From: Klebsormidium nitens
Lineage: Eukaryota; Plantae; Klebsormidiophyceae
Assembly (NCBI GenBank): GCA_000708835.1
Contig: DF237321.1
Span: 1-64,000, forward strand
DNA: 64,000 bases
Reading direction: 5' to 3'
The notes under the pieces are model-generated. The model was not told the DNA's origin. It saw only the letters and a program-made list of their open reading frames with translations, and did no database searches. Made by a program: the position numbers and the translations under genes. This document shows positions 24,001 to 36,606 of the stretch, one piece after another. The first letter of the stretch is position 1. Each line of letters starts with the position of its first letter.

Positions 24001-24138
24001 AAGGTGACGCTGCGCTTGGAGGCGACCGCGGCAGTCCCTGGCGAGTATGTCGGCCCCGCCTCCCGAGCCTACCTCTATTACACCGACGAGCTCAAGACCT
24101 GGGCGGATCCCATCAAGTGCAGCATCGTTCCCAAGTAG
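12005..24138 (+). CDS. Alpha-2-macroglobulin family / thioester-containing protein, ~1500 aa, ~17 exons
   Basis: Exons join in phase: MG2-type STDKLVYRPGDTVHIR (12859-13061), VKFYPEGGPLV (~14100-14386), 14989-15786, DLLLGTQGWRRF (16260-16429), acidic exon 16730-17048, VRVYAH (17548-17627), RSDFTETVYF...FDVSDSITSF (18009-18441), thioester exon LVREPYGCFEQASATIYPN...GYEWFG...TAYGLMEF (19899-20189), NAYIVWAL, IETTAL, FGSSQGTVLALKA, LPMTIAILGLPGGLEP and receptor-binding-like YVGPASRAYLYYTDE..VPK* (stop 24136-24138). One GC donor (20862). The first exon MASGK (12005-12020) is less certain. Confidence 0.92.
16427..16470 (+). other. Predicted 14-bp pre-mRNA hairpin covering a 5' splice site of the macroglobulin gene
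   Basis: aag|gtaagttgtgt (16427-16440) pairs with acgcagcttacctt (16457-16470): 12 Watson-Crick plus 2 G-U pairs, 16-nt loop. Confidence 0.7.
16541..16723. repeat. Degenerate telomere-like tandem tract (CCCTGAAA/CCCTAAA variants), intronic
   Basis: More than 20 units such as aaaccctg, aaaccccg, aaacccta and caaccctg, ending a few nt before the acceptor at 16729. Confidence 0.85.
18457..18493. repeat. Interstitial telomeric repeat (TTTAGGG/TTTTAGGG), intronic
   Basis: ttttaggtttaggattttagggtttagggttttaggg, ~15 nt after the donor at 18442. Confidence 0.85.
19755..19807 (+). repeat. Intronic echo of the acceptor plus first 15 codons of the thioester exon
   Basis: tttcgcag|ctggccaacttttcccagtccctctcaaacctcgtccgcgaaccg versus the live tttcgcag|ctggccaactttgcccactccctatcggcgctcgtccgcgaaccg (19891-19943). 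Confidence 0.9.
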
Positions 24139-27100
24139 AGCGGACCAGGTGTCATATATAAGAGTGCATCAGAAGGTTCGCCGTACGCAGCAGATTTAGC
24201 TAGTAGGACCACCGCGTAGGATGCATCACTTGCTGAGACTCAGAGTGGGAGACAATTTTGCATCAGAAGTGTCCCAGTTTGTGCAGCAGGTTAGCTCGTA
24301 GATTGATCCTGTCTGCTTTTTCCCGGTGAATCACCTTGGTATTCTGCCATAGCCAGTAGCTTCTTCCCGGATCTAAGAACCATCTTTTAGCATTTTCTGT
24401 TTTCTAAGAACCTCTTGCACCCTCGAATCTTGGAACAGCGGTCGGTCCGGTCAATCTGTCAGTTTTGAAGAACAATTTCTATGGTTTATTTTCCGTTCTA
24501 GAACCTTTTCCACCCTTTTGAAGATGAGACTAGTGTCGGGTCAATCCGTCATTCCGCAAGTCACAACTCAGTAGGGCGATCGACTTTGGTTTCTGGGACC
24601 AAACGACAGGAGAATTTCAAATGGCTCACATACAATAGCAGCCTGTTCTTGCCAGAAGTAACGGACACGTTGCAAATGTGCAGAATCTCAAAGATCTCAA
24701 GCTGCTACAGAACTGACTCGCGAAACAATCATTGCAATCTCTTCTATGAGTGCACAAGCTCAGTGATGCTCTCTCTGGTTGGCACCTCGAGGAGCCAACT
24801 CGATTGACGATGTTCGGATTTGTCATCACCATTTGTAGCTAAACACATGCTGCTAAACCATGGTTGAAATTTTACAAGCGTGACTCGTATTTACCGCGGT
24901 CAAGCAACGCTTATTAGAGTCAAAGCAGTTGCCTGACACGTCGCTTATAGGAGGTGTCACAAGAGTCGGTCGGAAATAGGAGCGTTTTACAATGTTTTCG
25001 GACCAGGAGCACCGCGCTTCGACCGTGAAGGGAGTATATTATGAATTCGCGTTTATGAACGCTCAAGAAGGCGGCCATGCAACCTTACAACGCCGCCGGG
25101 TTGTCCTGCCGTCATGACTTTGGCAACTGGGCTTGCGCGAATACATGTCGTATTACGATCTTATCACCGCAGAAGCCAGCACTCCGTGGATGGCTGAACA
25201 TTTCCGCCCCGCTATACTGATTGCCCGCACCATCTGGGCGGCTCATCAGGAAGGCCGCTTGGCGGGTTTATTCACATGTGATGCACTCGGAAGTGCAGAT
25301 CAAGCCAAGCACTCGATATGTGCAGTAGGTAAGATCGTGCATCTTGCTTTGGAGAGGCGAGCCAGCTTAGTAGGAGAATCGTAGACTTAGACGATCACGG
25401 CTCCAAAACGACGCTGATCAAACAAACACAAACATATACCGGACCTTAGCAGCTCGTCATTCGAAATACAGTCCGTATACCTGCAACAGAGAAGGTGAAG
25501 GCTCTTCGTTTTGGAGCTCCCGAATTTTTGGGCGAAAAATTGGAAGGGGAACCAAGAAGATTGAAATGAAAGCGCTATCTTCAACGGGCAGTAGGAGAAT
25601 CCGTCTCATGCTGGGCTGCCTCGTTCGAAGCTGTGCAGAGGGTGATTCAGGTCATTGATCAGAACACGGGTAGCTAGAAGCATAAATGCCATGTGGCGCA
25701 ACTCTTCGAGTAAGCTGTGAGGAATCAAAGCGGCCGTAATCGATTTGAGACCCTGGCTTACTAAGGACTATTTCAAGGATTCCTTGCTGCATATCCAAGA
25801 CGGCCGGAAACATGTTGTCGAGGCTTGTATCGTCGAATGTTTGCGATGCACAAGAAACATCTCAGAATGTTTCACATGTGGCAGGATAAAGTGGAACGGC
25901 CTACCTGAGCCACGCAGAAGATAGCTTCAGTCTCGAAGCTCTCCGACGCGCAATTGTCTGTCGATGTGTCCCACATGCACCGGCTCGCTAGCCGGATGCC
26001 CTGCCCTTTCTTCTCCCCTATCGTTACTTGTACTAACAGCTTGTAGCGGGCGTAACCAAGCTCCTTAACCCGATCTTTGACCTGGTCAGACAGCTCCTTG
26101 GCAGTCTGTGGAAAATATGCACGACTAACAAAGAGTCAATGGATTGGCTCGTCATGGACAATTCTTCTAGTCTTGTCACGGTACTTGAAAGGAGCCAGTT
26201 ATTTTCTTTTCGCTTAGAAGAAACGCGTCAAAGCTTAGACACTCACTTTCTGTAGAACATGCATTAAGACTATCTTCAGTGTGGGCTGAAGAAGGCTCTC
26301 ACTTTACACGCGCCCAGGTGTAAAGTGGGAGTTGGACTCAGGCCTTCAAGCGACAGATGGCATTTGCAGAACAGATGCATCTGGTTGCAACTAACCAACT
26401 CGCAGTCATGAAGAATGGGGTCATGTCCAAAAAGTAGAGAACCCATGTTTGGGGATTGATGGCATTGACAAGACGATAGAATGTGCTAGATCAGAAAGAA
26501 AAGCCCTGGAACGCCTACATAGATCTCAACGGTTTGGTGGTGCGCCTGATTGAAGCCGTCTTACGAATCTTCCTTTACTCGAAGATGCGCAGACTCTCTA
26601 TGTTTGCATGGAGGGAAATTGCGTCCAGCTATAACGCAAGTTGCTTTTAGCAGCTTTATGCAGGCTTCACACCACCCTGCACTTTCTGCCATATGTCAAC
26701 CTCGTCTCATTCCTTTCATGCTTTTGTTCTTTCTTTCTGAGATTTGCAAAGTTGCCACAGTGCAATGAATCAAGGAGGCCGCGGGAAAGAAAAGCTTGCC
26801 TGAGCTGCCTTCAATGGGTCATATTCGAGCTGCGCAAGCATGCTCTGCAGAACCTCTTTTATTACGCTCCGGACCTTGGAAGACTGGAAGACTTGGTCCT
26901 GCAGAGAGGCGGACAAAGCTCACGGAACTGGCTGTCTCCATCAAGAGAGGGTTTGAATTGGCAGGTAGCCATCACAAGTGGTCAAGAGTGCATTCATTTC
27001 TTGGATTGCATGTCTGTTTATAACCTGAACCATCATCTCGCACAATAGCACGTTTCTTATTGGAGTCCATCGCAGATTTTGCTACGTCTTACCTTTCCAT

Positions 27101-28171
27101 ATCCTTCCGGGCTTGTGATGTATGTATTCTCATATACCAACTCCTTTGGCGGTCCTAGGTCACCCATCGCCCTCTTCCTCTTACATCAGCTATGGTTCTG
27201 CGTCTTCCTGTTACTTTGCTGTTGCAAGGCTTTAAACTCGCAAACGGGCTTTCCAACGAGCTCAACCACTGGGGATAGCTGCAAGACTTAATTACCCAGC
27301 AAAAGTGTCCTCCAACAGGATCAACTGCAGCTCAAGCTAGATGCCTACAACTGTTGCAACTCTGTAGTTTTGGCTGTAAATCAAGCAGGTTGAGTAAAGC
27401 AGCACCAAAAAGGGCCGATGTGATCCCTTTCTACTTCAAGCAATGGAGATACGCCCGGAGGTGATTTGCTCCTCCCAGCTAGAGGCCTTCCAGCAGGCCA
27501 CTGTTGACACCAGGAGCAGATAAAGAGATGCTCAAGACCTGTTCTACCAGCTACGCGCTATCCTAGCTCCCCTTCCGATATAATGGTATTCATACCTTAC
27601 CTGTTGCTTTCTTCTGAATTTGCAGGGCCAGGGCAGGGCAACCAGACAGTTTTCTCCATCATGTCCCCTCTGTCGAAGTCGCGCTAAGACTACCTAGTAA
27701 GTGTTTTGGGTGCGCGCGCTCCTCAAGAAGTCGCCCATTCCGGCCGTCGGATGGACAGGTGCCAGTATTGGACGGCTGACAAAGCTTGGCCAAGAAAAGC
27801 CGGCCCCTGACGTCACTTCGCAATGGTCATGCCACGCTGGCATCATACGCGAGCCTGCGCGCACCAAAAGCTGCCAGCTGGCCATGGTGTCCTGCCTTCG
27901 GAGCGTGGTACCTGTGTCTTGCAATCCATCAAATGCATTGCATTTGTCTTCAGACACTGACGTAGGAAGTGCAGGCGAGAGGGAGAATGCTTGGCGATTT
28001 CAGGTCATAAGGTGGCGTTTGAACTTGTACGCGGTTGCATTGGATGGTTGCGACAATGCAGCGTTAAGTTGGTACGTGGCGGCATTGCGGAAAAGCATGC
28101 TGAGACTGGAATGCATTGTAGGTCTTCTGCTTTGATCATAAGAGAGCTCTTCGCTTGTTGACTCCTTTCAG

Positions 28172-31100
28172 ATGGCTGCCACGAGCGTTAGGTTACTGAC
28201 ACGAAATCTAGAAGGTCTTGCGACTGATCGCGCAGGTTGGAGACAGGGCGATGCGAGCAACAGGAAATGCTGTAGACAAGCCTGTCAACAAGCCCTAACA
28301 ACTCAAGTGGTTGGGAAAGCTGGGTCGCGCAATCTGCTTTGTCGAGACAAAGGGGATCTTCATAGAAAGGGCTGGCTTCAGGGGGAGCATGTGTTTGGAT
28401 CCGAAGTAGAGCAGCCCGAAAGGCAAAGGCGACTAGCTCTTTCAAGCAGAAGCGCAAGTGAGGACTGGTTCGTCATATAGGCCTGATTGCATTCAGTGCA
28501 CCCATTCTTCCTTGGCTCACTTTCCGAACCCACTATCTGGGCTATTGTTGACTGGCTCCGGCTTCTTTCAGATTTCAAGAAGAGCATTTTTATTCAGTTC
28601 TGATACTGTCAGACAATCGCAAAAAGACCATACGTTACAAATCTGCAAATCGTGCTCATGAATAGTTGGAGCACCTTTGATGGAAGCGTCGCCCTTGGGC
28701 ATGATGAAGAACACATTCTTTGCAGACACAAGTTTAAGGTGCAGGTCACCGGGATTCTGACAGGCTTTTAAGTCCCCTACTGCCGCTAAGCTTGGAATGT
28801 AGCTTTATGAAGTACAACATGTATCAGTTGGCCGTTATCTGTTGAATCCAACCACTGATGTCCATGGCCGGCCATTCTTGAGCAGATCAAATCTAAGCGT
28901 ACGATAAAAGATTGGCAAAACAGCATTCACCATGTTTCGCATTAGCCCCGTCCTTTGTCTTGTCTAGGGTTGGCTAACCGATAAGTCATCTCAATCTGCA
29001 TCAGTTTAGGTCACTCAGCTACAGCTCAGAAAGGAGGCTTGTGCTCAAACATCCTAGTACTGCAATCGATCTTACTGTGGCAAATCGTACATGGATCAAT
29101 GCAGTGCGCCCACCACTTGCTTCTTCATAACAGCGACTGCGGTAGATCCTAGCCAACCTTCATGGCCGTTCCGATCTGGACTCCTTGCAAAAATCTGTTG
29201 TTCCACATGTGCGAAGTCTGCAGAAGCGCCCCCAAGATTGCCAAAAACCTCACGGACGACTTTTTCATGTACTATTCTGCAGGAAAGGTGGGTTGCCGAG
29301 CTTCAGCCGGCGTCGCACCTGGGGAGAAGAAAAGGATTGTGGTCACAGGCCTCGGGGTGGTATCCTGCTATGGCACTGATGTCAACCACTTCTATGATCA
29401 GCTGCTGGCGGGCAAGAGTGGGATCACGCACCTTGAGAACTTTGATGCTGCAGCATACCCCACGGTGCGTCTCCAGTTACTTGGGGGGTTTGATGGGTCA
29501 GCAAGTCATTTTTGGCTGGTGTGTCTCGGTGCAACTGACAAGCAGAAACTGCAAGGAGATTGTCTCTATTTTGACATCATGGTGGTGCCACGATGCTGTC
29601 CTCAAGTGCCGCTGTACTTCTTCCTTCATCATGCAACCTTTTCAACGATGATCAAGTTGGCAACTTGGGTTGGGTATACATGTCGGAAATGCCAAAGGCT
29701 TTGCTCAATCAGTGGTGGTAGCTCCTGTCTGAATTGATACAGTTTCTCAGGCTTTCTCAGGGTTTAAGAAAGGGGTTAGTGTGCGTGACCACAAGCTGTC
29801 CACAAACGACAGAAGAAAGAAAGAGAGAAGAAAGACAAAAAGAATATTGGTTTAAGCTGACCTATAATAACTTTGGAGGGATTCATCATGTGACCAGAGT
29901 ATGAAGATACTGGCAGTGGAAACACATGCTGAGACCGCGGACTTTAGCAATTCTCCTTTCGAGGAAAGCCAGCCTGGACGGAGATTTTCGTTGCTCAGAC
30001 TGCAGCTGCTCTGTATCTCAAACATTGTCTCGTCTGCTGGTTCAGAAAATCGGTGGAGAAATCAAACGGGATGACTTTGAGACTGGCGACTACATCAATC
30101 CCAAGATGGCCCGGCGGATGGACAACTACATCCGGTATCTGATGGTGGCGGGGAAGAAGTCGCTGGAGGATGCGGGGCTTAGCACGGAGGTCATGGAGTC
30201 ATTGGACAAGGCCCGGTGCGGGATCCTCATTGGATCCGCCATGGGGGGGATGCAGGTGAGATGCAAAATCGAAACCCCCCCCCTGCTCCTGATGCTCTGC
30301 TCTTTGAATGCTTTCTGGACTCTGCCTCCTTCCCACAAACACTTTCTCGTTCCTTTTAGAGACCGCTCGTGGTGGCCTCTGACGGGGCTACAAAATGAGT
30401 ATGTTAAGGGTTGCGGGGTGGTTGTGAGACTCCTGCAATTTGAAGCGCACCAGTTTGACAGTGGTTATGTCTCAAACAGAGAACTCCATACAAAGCCTGT
30501 GGTCCCAAGCTGTGTGCTCATGTGACACACCTTTGCTGCTGCTTGGTTTCATGAACTGTGGCTGCTGTGTGACTCCTCAATATCGAAGAGTCCTGCTGCC
30601 CCAGTGCTCAGAGGAACGTACATTCGTGGTACTCCAGAGTATTTTCGCGAATTGTGCAGAGCGTTTGCTTATCCCCCTGAGATGGTGAGCATTGATCGAA
30701 ATATATCAGAGGTATTTTGGTGATCATCGCACCATGTGCTGCAGATCTTCACGGATGCCATCGAGGCGCTCAACACCAACTTCAAGCGGATGAACCCGTT
30801 CTGCATCCCGTTCGTGTGTTCGAACATGGGAAGCGCCATGCTGGCAATGGACCTGGTAAGGTTTTGCAAGCACCGTTTCAATATGAGATACTGGAGACTT
30901 TCCTCGATCGAAAGGCAAACGGATTCGCAGCCTGTGTCAAGGCTAATCTAAGCATGTCAGGCAGCAATTGGGATGGGGACGTTCGAGGTTGTCTTGGCGT
31001 CAAAACTTCTGTACGCCGCACTCACGTGATCTGCTATAACGTCTTACAGTGGTCATCCTCCAAAGAGCATTGCTTTCGAAGATTGAGATGTCTTGGTGAA

Positions 31101-34100
31101 GGAATACGCCTGCGTTGATAGCCTACGCAGACAGAACATCGATTCATGCCTGGTTCGAGCTTTTTATTTTGGAGAATTTTTGTCATCCAGAAGCCAGTAA
31201 GTTGATCTTCGTCGAGATCGGTTTTGGGGGCCGTGAGAAAAAATTCTCACCAGTGCCAACTCACGCGTTCTGCATGATGCAGGGCTTCATGGGCCCAAAT
31301 TACTCGATCGCGACGGCCTGCGCTACAGGAAACTATTGCATCCTCAGTGCGGCAAACCACATCTGGAACGGAGAGGCGGTAAGTGGACCTTCTTTCCTCA
31401 CAAAGGCAGGGCTGCTAAGAAGCTGGCTATTGCATGGAAAGTTACAGATACAGGGGTTTGAAACGTACTTGAGGTGGATGCTCTCAACGGGTCCTCTCGG
31501 TCTTCTTGCAGCCTTGACCAAAAGGCTCTCTCTCTTTTAACCGAGAGAACCGAAGGCCTTCAAGGGTGGGTTCATTTTTGGGGGCGGCATGCTAATCGAT
31601 GCGAGAAAGTCCGAGGCATCAGAATATTCAATTGGAATTTGTTCCAATAGTATTTTTGTCAGAAACGAACTCTGTTTCGAAGCTGTACAATCTGCGTGTT
31701 CTGTCACATTTGACACCAAAAAACACGATGAAATCTGTGACTGGGCTGTGAATTGCTAGAAGTGCTTAAGGCACGAAGTACATATGACATTCCCGAAGCA
31801 TCGAGCTGGCGAGAAAGGCTCAGTGGATTGCACCGTTGTTTGCCGTTCTCAATCTCGCTCCTTAATCTTACTTCCAGGACCTGATGCTCTGCGGGGGATC
31901 AGATGCGGCCATCCTTCCTATCGGTAAGGCCACGGCCAGCTCTTCTCTTATTCAAGGTCCTGTTATAGTCCAGCGTGATTTGCATTTATAGGAGACGTTG
32001 GCCTTCAATCTGGCCATGTGCCGAAGGGACGTGCAAGGGAGGTGTTTGGTCGTTGCTCGGGTATTCTCGTTCAGATCAGAGACCCAACCATTTCCAGGCG
32101 TTATTCTTCTTTTCGCTTTCCAATCTTGACAATGGTAGGATCTTCTGATTCGTGTGTCTTATCCTGTAAGGCAGAGGTTTGCACATTGGTAGTCAACAAA
32201 TGCAACGGAATTGCAGAAAAGCAAAATACTGCTGTTTTACAGGGTTGGGTGGCTTCGTGGCTTGTAAAGCTCTGTCAAAGAGGAATGACGCGCCGGAGAA
32301 GGCCTCTCGGCCGTGGGACACGGTAAGCAGGCTCAACTGACCTTTTTGACAAGTGGCTTGGCAAGGGCATCACGCTGTTCTTTACAAAATCTGCACGTCA
32401 CCGATTTCGGTCATACATTAACCCATTGACGAAATAGGATGTCTGACAAAGGTGCTGACAGAATTCAAGCACTCGCACTTTCTCGACTCACAGAGGCATC
32501 GTCTGCCACATGATGGGAACACTGAGCAAGGTCCGCAATCAGGCTCCTAAACGACGAATGTCGCAGCTTCCTGATAATGGTTCGACGTCTTCTTAAGTGT
32601 TCTGCTTCGAACGTTTTAGAGCGAGTCGTGAAGTGCTGAGAAAAGCGGAGAAAGTGACGAAGGCGTCAACAAGCCTGGATTCGCTTGTGCAGGATCGGGA
32701 CGGTTTTGTAATGGGGGAGGGCGCAGGCGTGTTGATACTTGAGGAGTTGGAGCATGCAAAGGTAAGATCTTCCGCATAACCAGGAGAATGCAAGTATCGA
32801 ACTTTTCCTCGTCTATCAGTTTGCAACGTTGTACAGCGAAGCCTACACAAAGGATTGCAAACGCTTCCCGCCCAAAAATACGGTTGGAGGAAACACAAAC
32901 TGTTCCTGCGAACCCAGATTGTCGCGTTTGGAATGGTGTCGTGAAAAGGCTTCTCTCGTCGTGTGTGTAGCGAAGAGGGGCGAAAATCTACTGCGAGTTT
33001 TTGGGGGGCAGCTTTACATCTGACGCACACCACATGACAGACCCCCACCCCGAAGGTGAGGTGTTCCGACCTCTCTAGAAATGTCCTTTTGCCGGAAAGT
33101 TCTTGCTCTTCAGTCAGTTGCTTACTTATCGTTCACGTTTCTTTCTTCGTCCAAGTGCTTCGGGGTGCCCGAGTTCAAGACTCCGGACCGCCGTTTTACG
33201 ACCAGTCGTGGCGACCGAGAAGCCCGTGCCCCTTCTTTGTGGTCGCCGATCGGCTCCGATAGTGAGTGCTTTCAGCAGAGTCATCGTCGAAGACGCGTCT
33301 TTCAAAAGCCACTGGTAACAATCAAACCTGACGCCCTCTTTGGCCACGTGTCTTACGTCGAATCACTTCTTGCATTGCTTCGTAACAGGCGCGGGTGTCG
33401 AGATGTGTTTGCAAAGGGCGTTGGAGAGCAGCGGGGTGGCGGCAGAGGACGTCAACTACGTCAATGCACATGCGACGTCGACCCTGGCGGGGGACCTCCA
33501 AGAGTACAAGGCCCTGCACAGGGCCTTTGGAAGCAACGCTGACGTGAGCATGACTCCTTTGCGTATCCCGTTTGGAAGATGCGGTGGGGGGGCGCTGCAG
33601 TGCCTGCGCTCTTAGGACACCTGTGTGTCCGACGAAATGTTCAGCGTGCCCCCAGTTTTGGATCTGTTTTGGCTCTTTTCAGGGAGCGGGCAGCGAGGCA
33701 CTTCGTGGTCAGACAGTCGCGGAAGCGAAGCGTAAGAGCAGGCCTCAGTGTTGGGCTGCCATTGGCATGCTTTCACGAAGATCGTTCATTTCGCTGAATT
33801 CGTTTTGCTGAAGTTTGGTCACCTGGATTTTAAAGGTCGACACGACTTCAAGCCTCCATTTTCAACTTTCCCTGCGTTTTCGGATGACTCGCTTCGCGCC
33901 TCGTCCTTAGTCATCGTTACCGCCACCTTGTGCTGTCTGACCTGTGAGCTGATCTTTCAACAGCGACGTAGCTGTTCTGGAGGCAGGCACTTTGCTGTCA
34001 AGCAAAGGATGGGAAGAGGAAATCACCGCACAATTGCAACCGGAAAAAGGCATTCCGACCGCGTTTTTGAACTCCAGCATCAGCCAATCACTTTCCTAAG

Positions 34101-35059
34101 CATTGTCTGGAGCAATCCCTTTCCGTGACCTTGTTGCAGCTGAAGATGAACTCCACCAAGTCTCTCATCGGTCACTTGCTGGGGGCGGCGGGGGCGGTCG
34201 AGGCCGTTGCAACCGTTAAGTTAAGCAAGACTAACCACGCCGTCTCTCTGCCTAATATCTGCCTAGCATGCCAGCCAGTTGCGGATTCTTTTATCTGCCA
34301 AGAGTGCGAAATGTCTTTGATTTTCAATCAACATGGACACTTATGCCGCTCGGTTCACGTCTCATGGTTCGCTAGACATTTAGGAGCAAATATCTGGCCT
34401 CTTTTTTGTACTTTGCTCCGAGTCTCGTTGCTGACGACAATACGCCTTCTCTCACTTAAGTGTTGCATCAACAGGATACGAAGAGAATGTGTTTGCTATT
34501 GACATGATTCTTGAGATAATTTTGTTCCCACTGTAGCCTGTCCGTCTGTCTGTGCAGGCGCTCGAGACAGGCTGGGTACATCCAAATCTGAATCTAGAAA
34601 ACCCGGAACCCCTCGTGGTGAGTATTACACGCACTACCTAGCCGTAGCAATCTCGATGTAAGAAAGTGCATAAGGTTGCATGTGCTTGGTATGCGGCTTG
34701 GTGCTGTTAGCAGTTACTGGACGTAGACATTGGACGAAAATTTCATAGATGCGAAAATCCCCATCATTGTGACGGGATTGCTGGCTGTGTTTCCTTCAGT
34801 CCAATCATCCACTGCAGCTTTGGCTTGTGGGGGTTGGCATGGTTTTTGGAGCTAAGTGTCAGTACGCAGCCAAAGCATTATTCCAGCACATCCTCGAGGA
34901 CCCCTTTTGGAGGCTGATTCGTCTTCCGACCGCGTGCAGGACAACAACGTTTTGGTCGGTGGTCAAAAAGAAAAGCTTGACATCAAGGTTGCTCTGTCCA
35001 ATTCATTTGGCTTTGGAGGCCACAACTCCAGCATACTCTTTGGTCCCTACAAGGCTTGA
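28172..35059 (+). CDS. KAS2: Plastid 3-oxoacyl-ACP synthase II (KAS II / FabF-type)
   Basis: Transit-peptide-like exon MAATSVRLL... (28172-~28455) joins in phase 1 to [12 protein letters not shown]. Then follow [47 protein letters not shown] (catalytic Cys), [19 protein letters not shown] (His), [15 protein letters not shown] (His) and [20 protein letters not shown]. The SAMGGM and RMNPFC signatures fit KAS II rather than KAS I. Confidence 0.93.
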
Positions 35060-36606
35060 TCAACAAGGAGGAGACACTGACAGTAGAGAACCTTGGGCAT
35101 GGGCAGCAAGCTGCTTCGCTTGAACATGGTGCTCGTGCCCTCAGAAGATCCTTAGTTTTTTGGGTTGTAAGGAGCTCATTTTGCTCCATTCGTGTTGCCA
35201 TTGGACACGAGTACTAAGGTACTTGCTATAACTCGAGCTCGTCTATCCTTAGAGGTTCTGCAATGCAACTACGTATTCGTGCGCGGTCAACTCCCGGCCT
35301 CATTTCCAGTGCATAAGATAGACAAGTTGACTTCCTCAGCGTGTTCGGTCGATCAGGCCCGGACGTGTTGAGCCTGCGAAAAGGACACAAATATCTGACA
35401 GTTTTGAGGCTTTGCCGTCTGCCAAGCTTTGCAAGCCTCCGTGATTTTCACAGATAACCCTGCTGAAGCATGGCTGGTAAGCAGGCACAAAGACGATTCA
35501 AGGTGGCCGCGCCTTGCCTTTTCATCTGGTGGAACGGTATAGGCAATAGTAGGACACATCGTCCCATGCAAACGGAACCTGTAGCCTCTGGCTGTGATTC
35601 GACAACCGGAAATTGTGATAGAACTCCAGTAACCAGCCTTTATTGTATCCCACGATAATCCCACATGCATGCTCGCGTGCTATTATATAAAAGGTGCAAA
35701 ATGTTGCCAATTTGAGTTAAGTTGCATAGCCAGCTTGGCGTATGCACGCAATTCAGCTGTGGCCTGTGCATACTAACCAGCGCGACGGTATGCAGCGCTC
35801 GCGGCCCATGCATGGATTTGCTTGCACACGTTTCAGCTAACAACCCATAGTTGCCCCATGGTGCGCGCTGCATGTGGCATACATGAGCTGCGGGCAACAA
35901 GCCGCTGCAACCGTTAAGCATCTTGGCCTACCGGGTGTGCGTGCGGCCATAGGCCCACGTTTGCAAGGCAGTCACGGTCCACGGATACACGTTTTCTTTC
36001 AAACTGTCATGATTGCACATCATAACATCAGCAAAAAGCCATGAAGCAATGCATTATGATTAGCATCTCTCAAGGGTCCGCAAGCCGTGAGATCCTATGG
36101 TGATGCGAGTTGCATTGTGCTAAAGAGTAAGCGCAAAGCAGCTTTGCAGACCCTCAGCTGTTTAGACGTCGTGTCGCCTGATTGAGTCTGGCCGCTTTCT
36201 TAGCATGGGCCATCTGCAGAGTCCAAGCCATCCACTGCATGCATCTGGTTGATCGCACGGCTTCGGTTACGGTAATTCGGGCTGCATCTCTGCAGATCCG
36301 TGCCCTCGTGCCCGCGGACTAGCATAACAGGTTGGCAACATCCTGAAAGTTAACCTTATACAGGGGACGTCCTGCGCTGCGGTGTCAAGATCAAGTCATA
36401 ACAGATCGCCCTGGACCGCCCGTGTGCATCGACGTTGAAAACTGCAAGAAGCGAAAAGAATCTTACTTCCAGAAGGACCCTGTTCCGTTGATTCGAGGAA
36501 ATAATCCTACAACCTGGGTCCAAAACGTTTGCATTTTTGGCCAGATGGCCTATACGCTGCTCCATCTGACGGTCTTCTGATTGCAAGAGATCCTTCGAGC
36601 GGGAGC

